NCBI GenBank assembly: GCA_043228905.1
Contig: JBHGNT010000004.1
Location: 19,840,001-19,904,000 of the forward strand
Source of the DNA: Azolla caroliniana
Lineage: Eukaryota > Plantae > Polypodiophyta
Reading direction: 5' to 3'
Length of the DNA stretch: 64,000 nt
The notes beneath the pieces were generated by a model. That model made no database searches. It saw only the letters and a list, made by a program, of their open reading frames with translations, and had not been told where the DNA came from. A program made the translations under genes and the position numbers. This document shows, piece by piece, positions 12,874-24,928 of the stretch; the first letter of the stretch is position 1; every line of letters starts with the position of its first letter.

Positions 12874-15056
12874 ATGGGTAATGTGGAGGAAGAGCTCGGA
12901 AACCGTACCGCATGGGCGGCACATGTGGTGGTTCTGCCATTGCCAGCACACGGCCATATGAACCCAATGCTGCACTTGGCCACCCGATTGGCCGCGGAGG
13001 ATGGCCTGGCCATCACCTTTGTAAACTCGGAAGCCATCGGGCGAATGATGAATAAGATCGGGACCGGCAGCACGCGTGCCTCCATCCGCTTTCTCGAGAT
13101 CCCGGACGGTCTCCCGGCAGATGCGGACCGCTCGACCCAAGCGATCGAGCTGTGCAAATCCACGATGACCTACATGTCCGGCCATTTCCACCGTTTGATC
13201 GGGAGACTGATGGAAGAAGGTGGTGGGGGGCGGCCACGCCCCACGTGTATCGTAGCCGACACGTGGCTAGCTCCATTCACGATCGAGATTGCAGACACTT
13301 TTGGTCTATCTCACATAAGCTTCTGGACACAGTCGGCGGCAAGCTTTGCATCACTTCATGCGATCACTGCCAATGGCTACTGTCCACTCCCCCAAGGTGA
13401 GTGAGCTAGCTAGCTGCTACATGCCCAATTCTGTCATTAATGTGTTTTACTAGAATGTCACATATAAATGTCCATTTTCCATAGGGGTAAGATTGTCTAA
13501 CCAACACTAGAAGCATGAAGACCATGAGCCCAATCCCGACATTTCACGCCTTCCCAATACTAAATTACTTGTATGTTAGTGAGATTTGAGGCCAAGTGTG
13601 TAAGGTTATTAAAAACCACAGCTCACCAATGCATACCTATTGGAGCTTTCTTAAGCCTTCCCAATACTAAATTACTTGTATGTTAGTGAGATTTGAGGCC
13701 AAGTGTGTAAGATTATTAAAAACCACAGCTCACCAATGCATACCTATTGGAGCTTTCTTAAGGTGTGGTTTTGTAGAAGAACTACTAAGTATAAAATATA
13801 TTATAGAAGAACTTATATTGGAATGCTTTTACATTTATACTTTAGAATATGATGTCTGTTCTTTTATATTTTCAATGACATAACTTATTAAACTTCTTTT
13901 CTACTTACATGTGTATAAACAAGTCTTATATAAATATGGATATATGTATGCGTATATGTACATCAGTATATACTAGATAGATATAGATATAGAGATGGAA
14001 ATTGTCACACTATTTGGACGTTGTACATTATCTATGTGTTTGCTCACTTTTCAAGTTTCGTGCATTTTATGGGTATCTTTAATCTTCTCACTTCACCTTC
14101 CGTTACTTATTATTGATGTAGATTTTAGCATTCCTGGAGCTACCTTTCTCAAGACAATAGATTTCAACACTTTTGTACGGTGTTATGATCCATCTGATTT
14201 TATGTTCCGTTTTGTAACTGGTGGATTTGATACATTAGACCGATCTTCTTGGATAATACTTAATACATTCCAAAAACTAGAGCATGAGACGATTGATTAC
14301 CTTGTAAACCAGAAAAAATTGCAAACACTATTGCCATTGGGTCCTATCTTGCCTCTCCCATTCATAAATCAAATTAAAAGAAACAAGGATAAAGATAGTA
14401 CACATGATGATGCCATCATTCTTTGGAACGAAAACAAAGATTGCCTCACATGGTTGAACCAATTCAAACCTCGGTCGGTATTATATGTTTCTTTTGGGAG
14501 CTTGGCATTACTTTCTCATCATCAAATTGAGGAAATTGCACTTGGCTTAGAAGCTACCGGATATCCTTTCTTGTGGGTCACTAGACCAAACTTGATTCAT
14601 GGTCAATCACCTAGCTTCAATGTTGATTTCTTAGAAAGAGTGAAAGATCTTGCATACTTTGTTGATTGGGCACCCCAACTAGACGTTCTTTCCCACACTT
14701 CTGTGGGTGGGTTCTTCACACATGGTGGTTGGAACTCTACATTAGAGGCAATCACAGCGGGGGTGCCAATGCTTGGATGGCCATATTTCTCTGACCAACC
14801 CATGGATTGTAAGTGCATTGAACAAGGCTGGAAAGTGGGATTAAGGTTGCAAGATGATGATAATGCTACTATGGAAACGTTGGTGTCAAGGAATGTTATC
14901 AAGGCTAAGGTGGAACAGTTAATGACTAACAAAACATTTCAAGATAAGGCTAACGAATGGAGCCTACTAGCCAAAAATGCATCAATAGAAGATGGCTTGT
15001 CATCAAATAACTTTCTTTCATTTCTTGAGAGCTTGAAATCACATATCGTCATGTAA
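12874..15056 (+). CDS. Family-1 UDP-glycosyltransferase (UGT-2); exons 12874-13396 and 14122-15056, about 485 aa
   Basis: HGHMNPML, CIVADTW, PSPG box ending FSDQ; same intron position as UGT-1; close paralog of UGT-1. Confidence 0.95.
13548..13761 (+). repeat. 107-bp tandem duplication in the UGT-2 intron
   Basis: Unit GCCTTCCCAATACTAAATTAC...GGAGCTTTCTTAA starts at 13548 and at 13655. Confidence 0.9.
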
Positions 15057-15229
15057 GGAGATATACATTTTATGTGTCCGGATATTTCTATATTATTATG
15101 GTTATCTTTGTTCATAACTTTTAAGCCAATGTGAAAGTTAAGGTATATGTTAGAATGAAAATAATAGAAATTTTTTATATCTATTTGATACATGGAAGCA
15201 TTGTTTATACTTAATTTCATTGTCAAAAC

Positions 15230-15685
15230 CTTTCTCATGGGAAGTTTCCAACATGGGAGCCCAGAGACTCCAACTGTCACTATACGAAAAAGGAGGTACA
15301 ACAGGAGACGTAGAGGCAACGACCTCAAGCTCTGTATCTTCGCCAACCGGCGACTTCACTTCTCTCTCTCTCTCTATGTACTCGTATAATACAACTACAA
15401 AAACTCTAATTGTTACACCATCTTCTAAAGTGATTGCCCTAAGTCATATTTATACTTATATGACTTTTGGGCTATTTACAAATATAGCCTCAATAGGCTC
15501 ACCATGAAACATATTTACACATATGTCCTTGGATCCGGTTTGCACCGGATCCATCCGGATTCACTCGATCCAGTTTTCGGGTCTCATCCGGAACCCTTCC
15601 GGATCCGGTTCCTTCATCCAGCTCGTCTGATCCGGCTCCTCCGGTTTTCATCTGGATCCCATCTAGAGGGACTGAATTCCCAACA
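15230..15685 (-). repeat. LTR or LTR fragment (copia-like) with GGATCC/TCCGG-rich repeats
   Basis: Right end GAGGGACTGAATTCCCAACA resembles the end of the LTR at 30969; TATTTATAC and GGGCTATTTACA motifs are shared. Left boundary uncertain. Confidence 0.5.
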
Positions 15686-18600
15686 AAACTACCCTTTATA
15701 TTCGCCATCGTTGTCGGTTTGGACAACCTTTAACTTTTGACTTGGCTCTCGTTCAGCTCTGGCCTGGAACTCCTTGAAGAATGAAAATACTTGATCGTTC
15801 AACCTCAATACAAAGGCCCATGTTTTCCGACTATAGTCGTCAATAAATGTTACAAAGTAATGTCCACCTCGATGCGATGGAGCATCCACAGAACACACTT
15901 CTCTTCTTTTCGGTGGTCTTGAGTGGAATGTTGCTCTGTTCTGCTTTCCAACTAAGTAGTCGACACACTTCTCCAGGTGCACTCCTTTGACTTGGTCTGC
16001 TAACAGATGCAATCCCTTCTCACTCATGTGGCCTAGCCTCTTATGCCATATCTGTCCGCTCAAATCGACTGCCACATTTGCTTCCAACTTACACAATCGG
16101 GCATGCATCATATACAATGTGCCTTCTTTCTGTGCTCGGGCCACTATGAGGTTTCCTCGGCAGAACTTCCACTTGCTATTCTAAAAGCTACCACTATAGC
16201 CTTCGTCATCTAGCCTTCCACTCGATATCAGATTCAATCTCATATCGAGGACGTGTCGAACATCCTTTAGAGTCAGCTGACACCCGGTCGACGTCGTCAA
16301 GCAAACATTTCTGACTTCGGCTATTTTGCACTCTCCATTCTCACCCATCTTTTCATAGCCATGGTTCTCGGCTATGTAAGTTGAGAAATACTCTATCGAC
16401 GGACTTATGTGGAAAGATGCACCAAAGTCGATCACCCAAGTGCATTCTTCACTCGCAAGGTTTGCACTTGTCTATTCACAAATGAAAAATTGTTCTTCAT
16501 TGCTCGTAGCAATGGCCGACGTGCCCTTTTCATCAAGAATCTTCCTCGGTTCGACACCATTTCTGACACCTTTGTCCTTCTTTAGATGTCTGCAAAGTGT
16601 CCAGGTTTCCCACAATAAAATCATGTTAGCTTACCTCTGGACTTCGATCTGGCGTGGGACTTTTCCCTTCTTTATGGACTCCCTCGCCGATTCCTTCCTC
16701 TATCTTAATGTTGTGTCAGATTCGCATCTGCCTGGGATAGGACACCCTTGTCGTTCCTTCTCGTCTCCTTGTTACCGGCCGGCAAGAAGTCCAAAATACG
16801 GAGTGAAGGAATTAATTAAGTATGGTTGTAAATAAGCATAGTATGGACGGACGGACTGGAAACGGTATGCCGTTCCAGATCCGGACGGATCCCGAATAGG
16901 TGCGATAGGCACCGTTTTGTACTACGGGCTGGAAACCTATTTAAAGGCCCGGACCCCATTGTAATCGCAGCGGATAATTAATAGAGCATATGGTGTTTAT
17001 ACTTCTGTGTTGATTTCCGTTCTGTAATTACTGTTATATCTTACGCGTGTAATTAACCAAAGCACTCTAATCGTGTAACCTACATAAGTCGGTGTAATCG
17101 TTGAATCTTAATCCTATGCCGTAATCACCCTTTGGTGAAGTGTCTCCGTGACACCTTGTGTTAGGCCTTGTCCGGTCAGAGAATAACACAGTTTTGGCGA
17201 CCACGATTCCTGCTTTCTCGTAGCGAACGACGGCTTAATGGATGACGAGACCAACGCACGACCTGGTTACAGACCGAGCTCGACGCCTCGCCGAACGACA
17301 AAGACGGCGTGAGACTTTCCAGCAAGCAGCGCACGAAATTCGCTCGGATCGTTCGTTCTCCAACGAGATCCGGAGAGTCGCGGAGGAATCTCTTCGGTTA
17401 CAGCAAACTCGCGACCAGGACGACGGAAGCAGTCTAAGTAGTCTCCGGGAAACCGAACGCCTCCTCGAGGCGCTGGCAAGCGGAGAAAACGAGGCAGAAG
17501 CCTTTTCAGCCTACGAATTGGATTCCGAAGGGGGATACAGCGTGCACACGAACTACCGCAGCAGCAACGATACCCCCGGCGGCCCGGAGGACGACGGGTC
17601 GGATACCGTGCCGACTCCAGAACCGGAACCGCTCGACCAGGGCTATCCGGAACCGCAAACGGAAGCCGTCAACCCACCAACACCGGAAGTGGAAGAAGCA
17701 AAGCCACCGACACCAACGAAAGAGCCGGCGAAGGTACCGGAAGAAGAGCCGGTGAAGGAACCGGAAAAAGAACCGGAAGAGGAACCGGAAAAAGCACCGG
17801 CAAAACAACCGGAAGTGGAACCGGAGAGGAAACCGGAAAGATATCAACAAACGCCCCTAAACCGCGGCCTAATACTGGACGACGACATGTCGTTCCAATA
17901 CTCAAAGTATCGCGATGATCCGGACGCGGAAGCGCATGTTCATGCCTTCGAGCAGACATGGGAAGCAAATCACACGTCCCAGCGAATGACACCGGAGGAA
18001 GAAGAACGCTCGAAGATAGCGGAATTCGGGGTCACGTTGGAAGGACCAGCGACACGATGGCGGCGGACGCAGGACCCGGCGACCATCACAACCTTTGCAG
18101 AATTAAAAGCAAAATTCTTGCATTTTTTCCACAAGGAGGTCGACCAGACGACAATGGTGGGCCTGTTTTATACGATCCGACAGGAGGCAGGGGAAAGCAT
18201 TCCCCAATTCGTCATCCGTTTCCAACGAATGCATAGCCAGCTTGCCCGTGCACCCCCGGAGGAGGAATTATGGACGATATTTTTAAACGCACTCCGGGAA
18301 CCGTTACGCACGGTGTGTACGGTGATCGACTTTCGAGGAAGCACCATTGACCAGGTCATTGACCGGGTCAGAGAAATGGAAAAGTCAAGCTCATGGCTTA
18401 CACTGGGAGCACTGCAACGGGCATTACCCACAGATGAAGATCTCCGGTTCCGGCAGGCAATTCAATGCACAATCTGCTTGAATGCCGGACACTCGGCAGT
18501 GGAGTGCACCATGCGAACTCAGTGTGTGATTTGTCAATCCAAGAGTCATACAACGGACCGGTGCGAGTATAACCTGTTAAACCGACAAGCACCACCCGTC

Positions 18601-21600
18601 CGACGGATCGAGCCAAGAAGCAGCCGAGACGAAGATGACGATCGCTGGCAAAGAATGAACCGGTACCGACCGGCACAGGATGTCCGGTACGGAGACAGAC
18701 AAGAGAATGATGGCCGGTACGGGAATCGGCATGATAACTACGACCGGTATGAGCGATCGGACCGTTATCGGGAGTCCAACAAACGACACGAGCAATACGA
18801 CAGAGACCATTCCCCTGGTTACCGAAGGCACCAGGAGGACTACGGCCGATTTTACGATCCACCACGACCGGACTACCGAAATAAAAATAAGAATAATAAG
18901 AAACGTAATTTCAAGAAAGGTGGTCACACTAGGGACCCGGAACATGGAACCCCAAGGAGCCAACCGGCACAGAACGCACCACTCACTACGGGACCGACTC
19001 CGGATACCAGCAATGCTGAATCCAACAATACCCGTAAAGAGTACTGCTATTACTGCAGGCAGCAAGGCCACTACAGTAACCAGTGCCCGGCAAAGAGCTA
19101 CGATAAACGACCAGCAGTTAATATGGTGGTTCCGGAAGTGGCGGATATACAACAAGTAACCACACGGTCGAAAGGCATGGCCAAAGAGTGGGAAACACAA
19201 GAGGCCATACGGAAACAGGCGACGGAATGGGTGAAGGAAGCCAATGAAAGGAACGTCGCGGACGCGGAACGGCAAAAGGCGAATACCATAGGGAGTGCCG
19301 GCGGTAGCCACCCAGAAAACGAGACATGGCAAGCACTGCAAGAATGTCAGATCACGTTGCCATTAGGAAGACTCTTGCAGCTCGTGCCGCGATTTACGGA
19401 AGGACTAAAAACGGGCATGACAGACGGTATAGCCCCACCGGCACCAGTCCTCTTCTCGAATCCGGAGGAGGGACCAACGGTGGTAGACACTAGTAGTCCG
19501 GTGATTACAGCTATTGTCAAAGGGCACGAACTTCCCGGCACAGTAATCGATGGAGGTTCCGGGGTGAACGTAATAAGCCTCCTCACGTGTGATGCCTTGG
19601 GTATACATGAATGGGAGCCATGTCCGTTCTGGCTACGGATGGCGGATACGAGCTCTGTACGGCCGACGGGCTTAATACGGAAATTGGAAGTCACCATAGG
19701 AGGTCACACATTTCACATCTCGGCTGTAGTGCTGCAGCTACAGGCGCAAGGCGCGTACCCACTGTTGCTGGGCAGACCATGGTTGAAAACAGCACACATC
19801 AAGCAAAATTGGCGGAAAAATATGATTACCTTCCGGCGCGGAAAAGACAAGGTCCGGGTACCGACACAACCACGGACGAGCAACGGTAAGGAATGCACAC
19901 CGCTGTATGCGGAATGCGTGAACATGCTTGAAGGGTTGGCAGACGACGAAGAAGCCCAGTACTTGGAGGAACACCCGAAGATCGTACCACTCTTCGAGAT
20001 TGACGTAGCTGAAGCCGTAGCGCCATACTTGCCGCAGCGGGACGAAACCGAAGCCGAACCAGACAAAGATTCAATTCGGGAATTACGGCAAGCACAGGAA
20101 GCGTTGGAACGGGAATTGGCCGTTTCCCAACGGGTAAAAACATCCCAGCTCGACGAAGTGAACCTAGGAAGCAAGGACGAATCAAAGCCGGTACACATCG
20201 CCAAAGAAATGAAGCCGGAAGATAAAGCGGCGATGGTCAAACTTCTCACGGAGTTTCGCGACGTATTCGCCTGGTCATACGAAGACATGCGAGGGCTGGA
20301 CCCTCAATTATATCAGCATCAGATCCACTTAGGCAAGGACGCGAAACCAGTGGCGCAAAGACGTTACCGAATGAACCCCAACTACGCCGCTAAAGTGAAG
20401 GAGGAAATCGACAAACTCCTAAGAGTGGGCTTCATCCGGCCGGTAAAGAAAGCGACGTGGCTGAGCCCCATCGTCGTCGTCCCAAAGAAGAACGGTAAAA
20501 TCCGCGTGTGTGTAGATTACAGGAAACTAAATGCAGCCACAATTACGGATGCATTCCCTCTTCCGTTCACGGATGGAGTACTGGATGCCGTCGCCGGCCA
20601 TGAAGTTTATAGTTTTTTAGACGGGTTCAGCGGATACAATCAAATCCGGATGCACCCTGACGACCAGGAGAAGACAGCGTTCGTCACCGAATGGGGGGTG
20701 TTTGTGGCCGAAGTAATGATGTTCGGCCTAAAAACGACACCAGCAGCTTTCCAGCGAATCATCTGGAGATCTTCGGCGAATACATTCCTGCCTTCATGCA
20801 GGTTTTCCTGGATGATTTTGCAGTCTATAGCCAGGGAAAAGACCATTTGCAGCACCTACGGTTATGCCTTGAAAAGTGTAGGTTATACCGGCTAAGCTTA
20901 AACCCAACAAAATGCATCTTTGGAGTTTCAAGTGGAATCTTACTGGGACACATTGTAAGTAAGGAGGGCATTGCTGTCGACCCGGACAAAGTAAACGCGA
21001 TACTAGGGGCACCGGCACCGAAAACGGCCAAAGCACTAAGCCGATTCTTAGGACAGATCTGGTAGCACAGCCGGATGCTCCGTCACTTGGCTGACTTGGC
21101 TACACCATTACACACCGCGGTACATCGGACACCGTTCCAATGGACGGATACGGAGGATAAGGCATACAATGCCCTGAAGGTACTTTTGTCGCAAGCACCC
21201 GTCGTGCAGCCTCCGGATTGGAGCAAGGAATTTCATGTGTTCGTTGACGCTTCCGACATCGCTATCGGCAGCGCCTTAATGCAACTTACGGAGCCCAAAT
21301 GGTACCGGCCGGTATACTACGCCAGCCGGAAGCTGTCCCAAGCGGAGAGGAACTATTCGACTACGGAACGGGAGGCCCTGGGCATGATCTACAGTGTCAC
21401 AAAGTTTCGTCATTACCTATTGGGAAGGAAGTTCTCCTTTCATGTGGATCACTCGGCGCTCCTGTACTTAGTGTCCAAGGCGTCCCTGACCGGTAAGTTG
21501 GCCCGTTGGACCTTGCTATTGCAGGAGTTCGAATTCGAGATCTTCCACCGGCCCGGTATCCAGCATGCCGTAGCAGACTATCTGAGCCGGTTAGAGTCCG

Positions 21601-22992
21601 GAGAATCAGGCGACGGAGTAGCGGATGAATTCCCGGACGCAGAGTTATTCCGTATCACCCCGGAAACGGTAGCGGACGACACGGTGGCATCAGAAGATAG
21701 GTGGCTGACAAACATGCACCAGTTCCTAAGCACGGGCCTGCCACCGGAGGAAATGAACCGGGACGAGAGGAAACAACTGGCGGTACAGAGCCGCAATTTC
21801 TGTCTGTTACGGGACACTCTCTACCACAAGGGAGCAGATGGAATATGGAGACGGGCAGTCCGTAGTGACGAGAAACAAGTAATCTTACGGGAAGCACACT
21901 GTGGGGTTGCCGGAGGACACTATGCCGGGGAAGCGACGGCAAGGAAAGTATGGCAGAGCGGCTTATGGTGGCCCACGACGTTAAAAGACGCCGTCAAGTA
22001 TGCTAAGGAATGTGACCTATGCCAACGAATGGGCCAGCCTACGGAGCAAGCACGGATGCCACACCAACCGGTACTTCCACTAGAGCCATTCCAGAAGTGG
22101 GGGTTGGATTTTGTCGGACCGTTCAAGCCACCGACAATGAGAACGGGTAATCGTTATGTCATCGTGGCAACAGATTATTGCACTAAATGGGTGGAGGCTA
22201 AGGCCTTGAGAGACAATACCGCGTCATCCACAGCAAAATTCCTGTACGAGAACATTTGGTGCCGATATGGATGTCCGATTGAATTAATCAGCGACCAAGG
22301 AGGGCACTTCCTCGGCCAGGTAGTTGAAAGCTTAACAACGTTCTATGCCGTGGTCCATAAACGGAGCACACCGTTGTCGTGCCTTTCGGCTCCGGATCGT
22401 TTGCGTGAGTCGGGTGGGAACCGCCGAGGTTTTGGACTAGGAGAAAGAAGAATATGAGATGAGGCTAGTAATGAATAGATTATTAGAAAGAGAGATAGAA
22501 ATTTCGTGAATCCCACGAGTGTATTTTATTCGATTAATCAATATTTAGATAAGAATATGTATTTAGATTGAAAGAAAGATATAAGAAACTTGTGAATCCC
22601 ACAAGTATAGATTATATTATTTTCGTGAATCCCACGATTATATTAATCGGTTGGTGTTTTCGGAAATATATCCAATTTCCAAATATTTCACACACCTATT
22701 ACATTGTGCTCCCCATCCTTATGTAGTGATGGGAGAGACTAAGCATAGCTACATGCTTTTTTTTTCTAATATGTTCATGCACACTAAATGTGCATGTGAT
22801 GCTTTTCTAATCCTTGCTTTTATTTGCTAAATATAGTGCTCATGCACGCTAGATGTGCATGAGTCACTTTTTAGTCGCTTGCGTTTTTCTATAAAATATT
22901 CACGCACTCTAAAAATACATGGTTTACCTTTTAATAAAGGTAGGCACAAATAAAGCACTTATAGTTATTAAATCTATTTATAGAACACTAAA

Positions 22993-23062
22993 GATAAGGT
23001 AGCATAATGGTAAAGTTGAGGTTTGGCTACGTGGAGGTACAGGGTTCAAATCCTGCCCTATA
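22993..23062 (+). promoter_or_regulatory. tRNA-like segment with Pol III A and B boxes inside the LTR (second copy about 25405-25474)
   Basis: TAGCATAATGGT at 23000 and GGTTCAAATCC at 23043, with tRNA-like spacing. Confidence 0.55.
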
Positions 23063-23122
23063 CACGTGATAAATATCTTGATATATTATTTTATTTATTT
23101 ATATGTAATTAAATCGGTTATA

Positions 23123-24928
23123 TTATTTTTTTACTTTTTCACGTAGTGTACGAAATACACTACGACACTCGCCCCCTCCGAACCCGCACATCCTCCGGTA
23201 TGTGCCGAAGTTGCCGATGCTCGTTGTCTCCCCTTCATCCTCCGTTTGTCCCGCTATGTCAACTTTGTCTCTCCATTTTGAGTAGACCCATTCTTTCCAC
23301 CCGAACCATTGTCGCCATCCGATCCACCATATTCTTTGTTCATTCTTTGCATTGCCATGAGTGGTTGTCATGGTCCCTTGTGGTACTCTTGAGCATCTCG
23401 GTGTGTTGTCTCTCTCCACTCCGCGCTTGTCTTCCGTAGGTTCTACCCACGCATCGATGTCGACCTCCGAATACGCGCTCGCTGTTAGGTCCTTGTGCGG
23501 CTTTAATGCATGCTTTATTTCTCGATGTTGCGCATGCGTCGTATTAGGCCGTAGCGCATGCTTCGTATTCCATCGTAGTGCATGCGCCGTATTACCCCGT
23601 AGTGCATGCTTATTTTTGCACCGTAGCGCGTGCTTCTTTTTGCGCCGTAGCGTGTGCTTCTCTTTACGCCGTAGCACGTGCTTCTTTTTGTGCCGTAGTG
23701 CGTGCTCCGTATTACATGCTTCTCCCATCGTAGACCCGACCTTCGCGTTGTCATGCTTTTGTTTACATCGGAATTTCAGACGGATCATCTTCCATCCGAA
23801 CCGGCTTCCGACTTTACCTTCCTTGTTGCCACCTCCCGTCTCTCCGGTCTCACGTTGGTTCTCGGACACAACCGCCGAAGTCTCTAGAATTAGTGGGTAG
23901 GAATCCTCGGTATTATCATCTTCCGTTGTTTCACCCATAGCCATGTTCTCCTTGGCTATCTCTCCTTCGTATGCATCGGCTTCGACCTTCGTTTCGTTGC
24001 CGCCACTTTCCTTATCTTCGGTGTTATGTTGACACCCGGGCTCCAGTACCGAAGTCTCCGAAACAATGGTGAAGGAATCCCTTTGTTCGTGCTCATTTAC
24101 TTTGTCTTCCTCGTTGCCCTTCCGGTCCTCCACTTTTCCACCGACACATTCCGTCTCTCCGGTCTCACGTTGGTGCACGGGCACAGCCGCCGAAGTCTCT
24201 GGAACCGGTGTGGGGATACCCTTTCGTCCTCGATCTTCCTCCTCCTCGTCCTTTGTTGGCCTCGACTTTGGTTCGGTTTTAAGCTCCCCTTCAATGTCGA
24301 CTTGCGACTTTTCATGCATCTCCGAACCCTTCCGCATCAAGCTCTCCTTCGGTGGTAGTCGGTGGCCGCTTTTCACCCACTGTTGACCGCCGTTCGTGGA
24401 CCATGTCCTCGTCCGCTTCGGTCTTAGATAGTCATATGTGTCTCGTATAGCTTCTTCAAAGGACTCCCACATCGGGCTTTGTTGTCGTATCTCGTGGATT
24501 CTCTCTTGAAGCTCATCCGTAGCCACCCGGTTGAAAGATAACACTTGCAATCTTTCTGAGATACCATATCGCAACATCTCCATTTTGTAGTCACGTAGAT
24601 AGCGTGACACGTCCTTTCCATCGAATTGCCCGTTCTGTTGCACGAGCCGTTGTACTACTGTCGTGATCTCCGACATCTCGCGTTGTTCTTGTAGCATTCT
24701 CTCGAACATCATCATCATCATGTTCATCGCCTCTTGTTGATTCTCCATCTCCTTGCCACCCGCCTTCACGTCGGGTTCACCAACTGTGTCGTGCCTTTCG
24801 GCTCCGGATCGTTTGCGTGAGTCGGGTGGGAACCGCCGAGGTTTTGGACTAGGAGAAAGAAGAATATGAGATGAGGCTAGTAATGAATAGATTATTAGAA
24901 AGAGAGATAGAAATTTCGTGAATCCCAC
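23123..24928 (-). CDS. Gag-derived, low-complexity ORF of the nested element (601 aa as called; true start probably inside the internal region near 24747)
   Basis: Capsid-like segment GQFDGKDVSRYLRDY...W, then duplicated acidic blocks and a 24-bp tandem repeat encoding KHALRxxx (about 23530-23710). Confidence 0.55.
   Translation of the reverse strand: MGFTKFLSLFLIIYSLLASSHILLSPSPKPRRFPPDSRKRSGAERHDTVGEPDVKAGGKEMENQQEAMNMMMMMFERMLQEQREMSEITTVVQRLVQQNGQFDGKDVSRYLRDYKMEMLRYGISERLQVLSFNRVATDELQERIHEIRQQSPMWESFEEAIRDTYDYLRPKRTRTWSTNGGQQWVKSGHRLPPKESLMRKGSEMHEKSQVDIEGELKTEPKSRPTKDEEEEDRGRKGIPTPVPETSAAVPVHQRETGETECVGGKVEDRKGNEEDKVNEHEQRDSFTIVSETSVLEPGCQHNTEDKESGGNETKVEADAYEGEIAKENMAMGETTEDDNTEDSYPLILETSAVVSENQRETGETGGGNKEGKVGSRFGWKMIRLKFRCKQKHDNAKVGSTMGEACNTEHALRHKKKHVLRRKEKHTLRRKKKHALRCKNKHALRGNTAHALRWNTKHALRPNTTHAQHREIKHALKPHKDLTASAYSEVDIDAWVEPTEDKRGVERDNTPRCSRVPQGTMTTTHGNAKNEQRIWWIGWRQWFGWKEWVYSKWRDKVDIAGQTEDEGETTSIGNFGTYRRMCGFGGGECRSVFRTLREKVKK

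Noticed and set aside
22993-23062. Functional tRNA gene
   Set aside because: Acceptor and anticodon stems do not pair convincingly; kept only as a tRNA-like promoter remnant.
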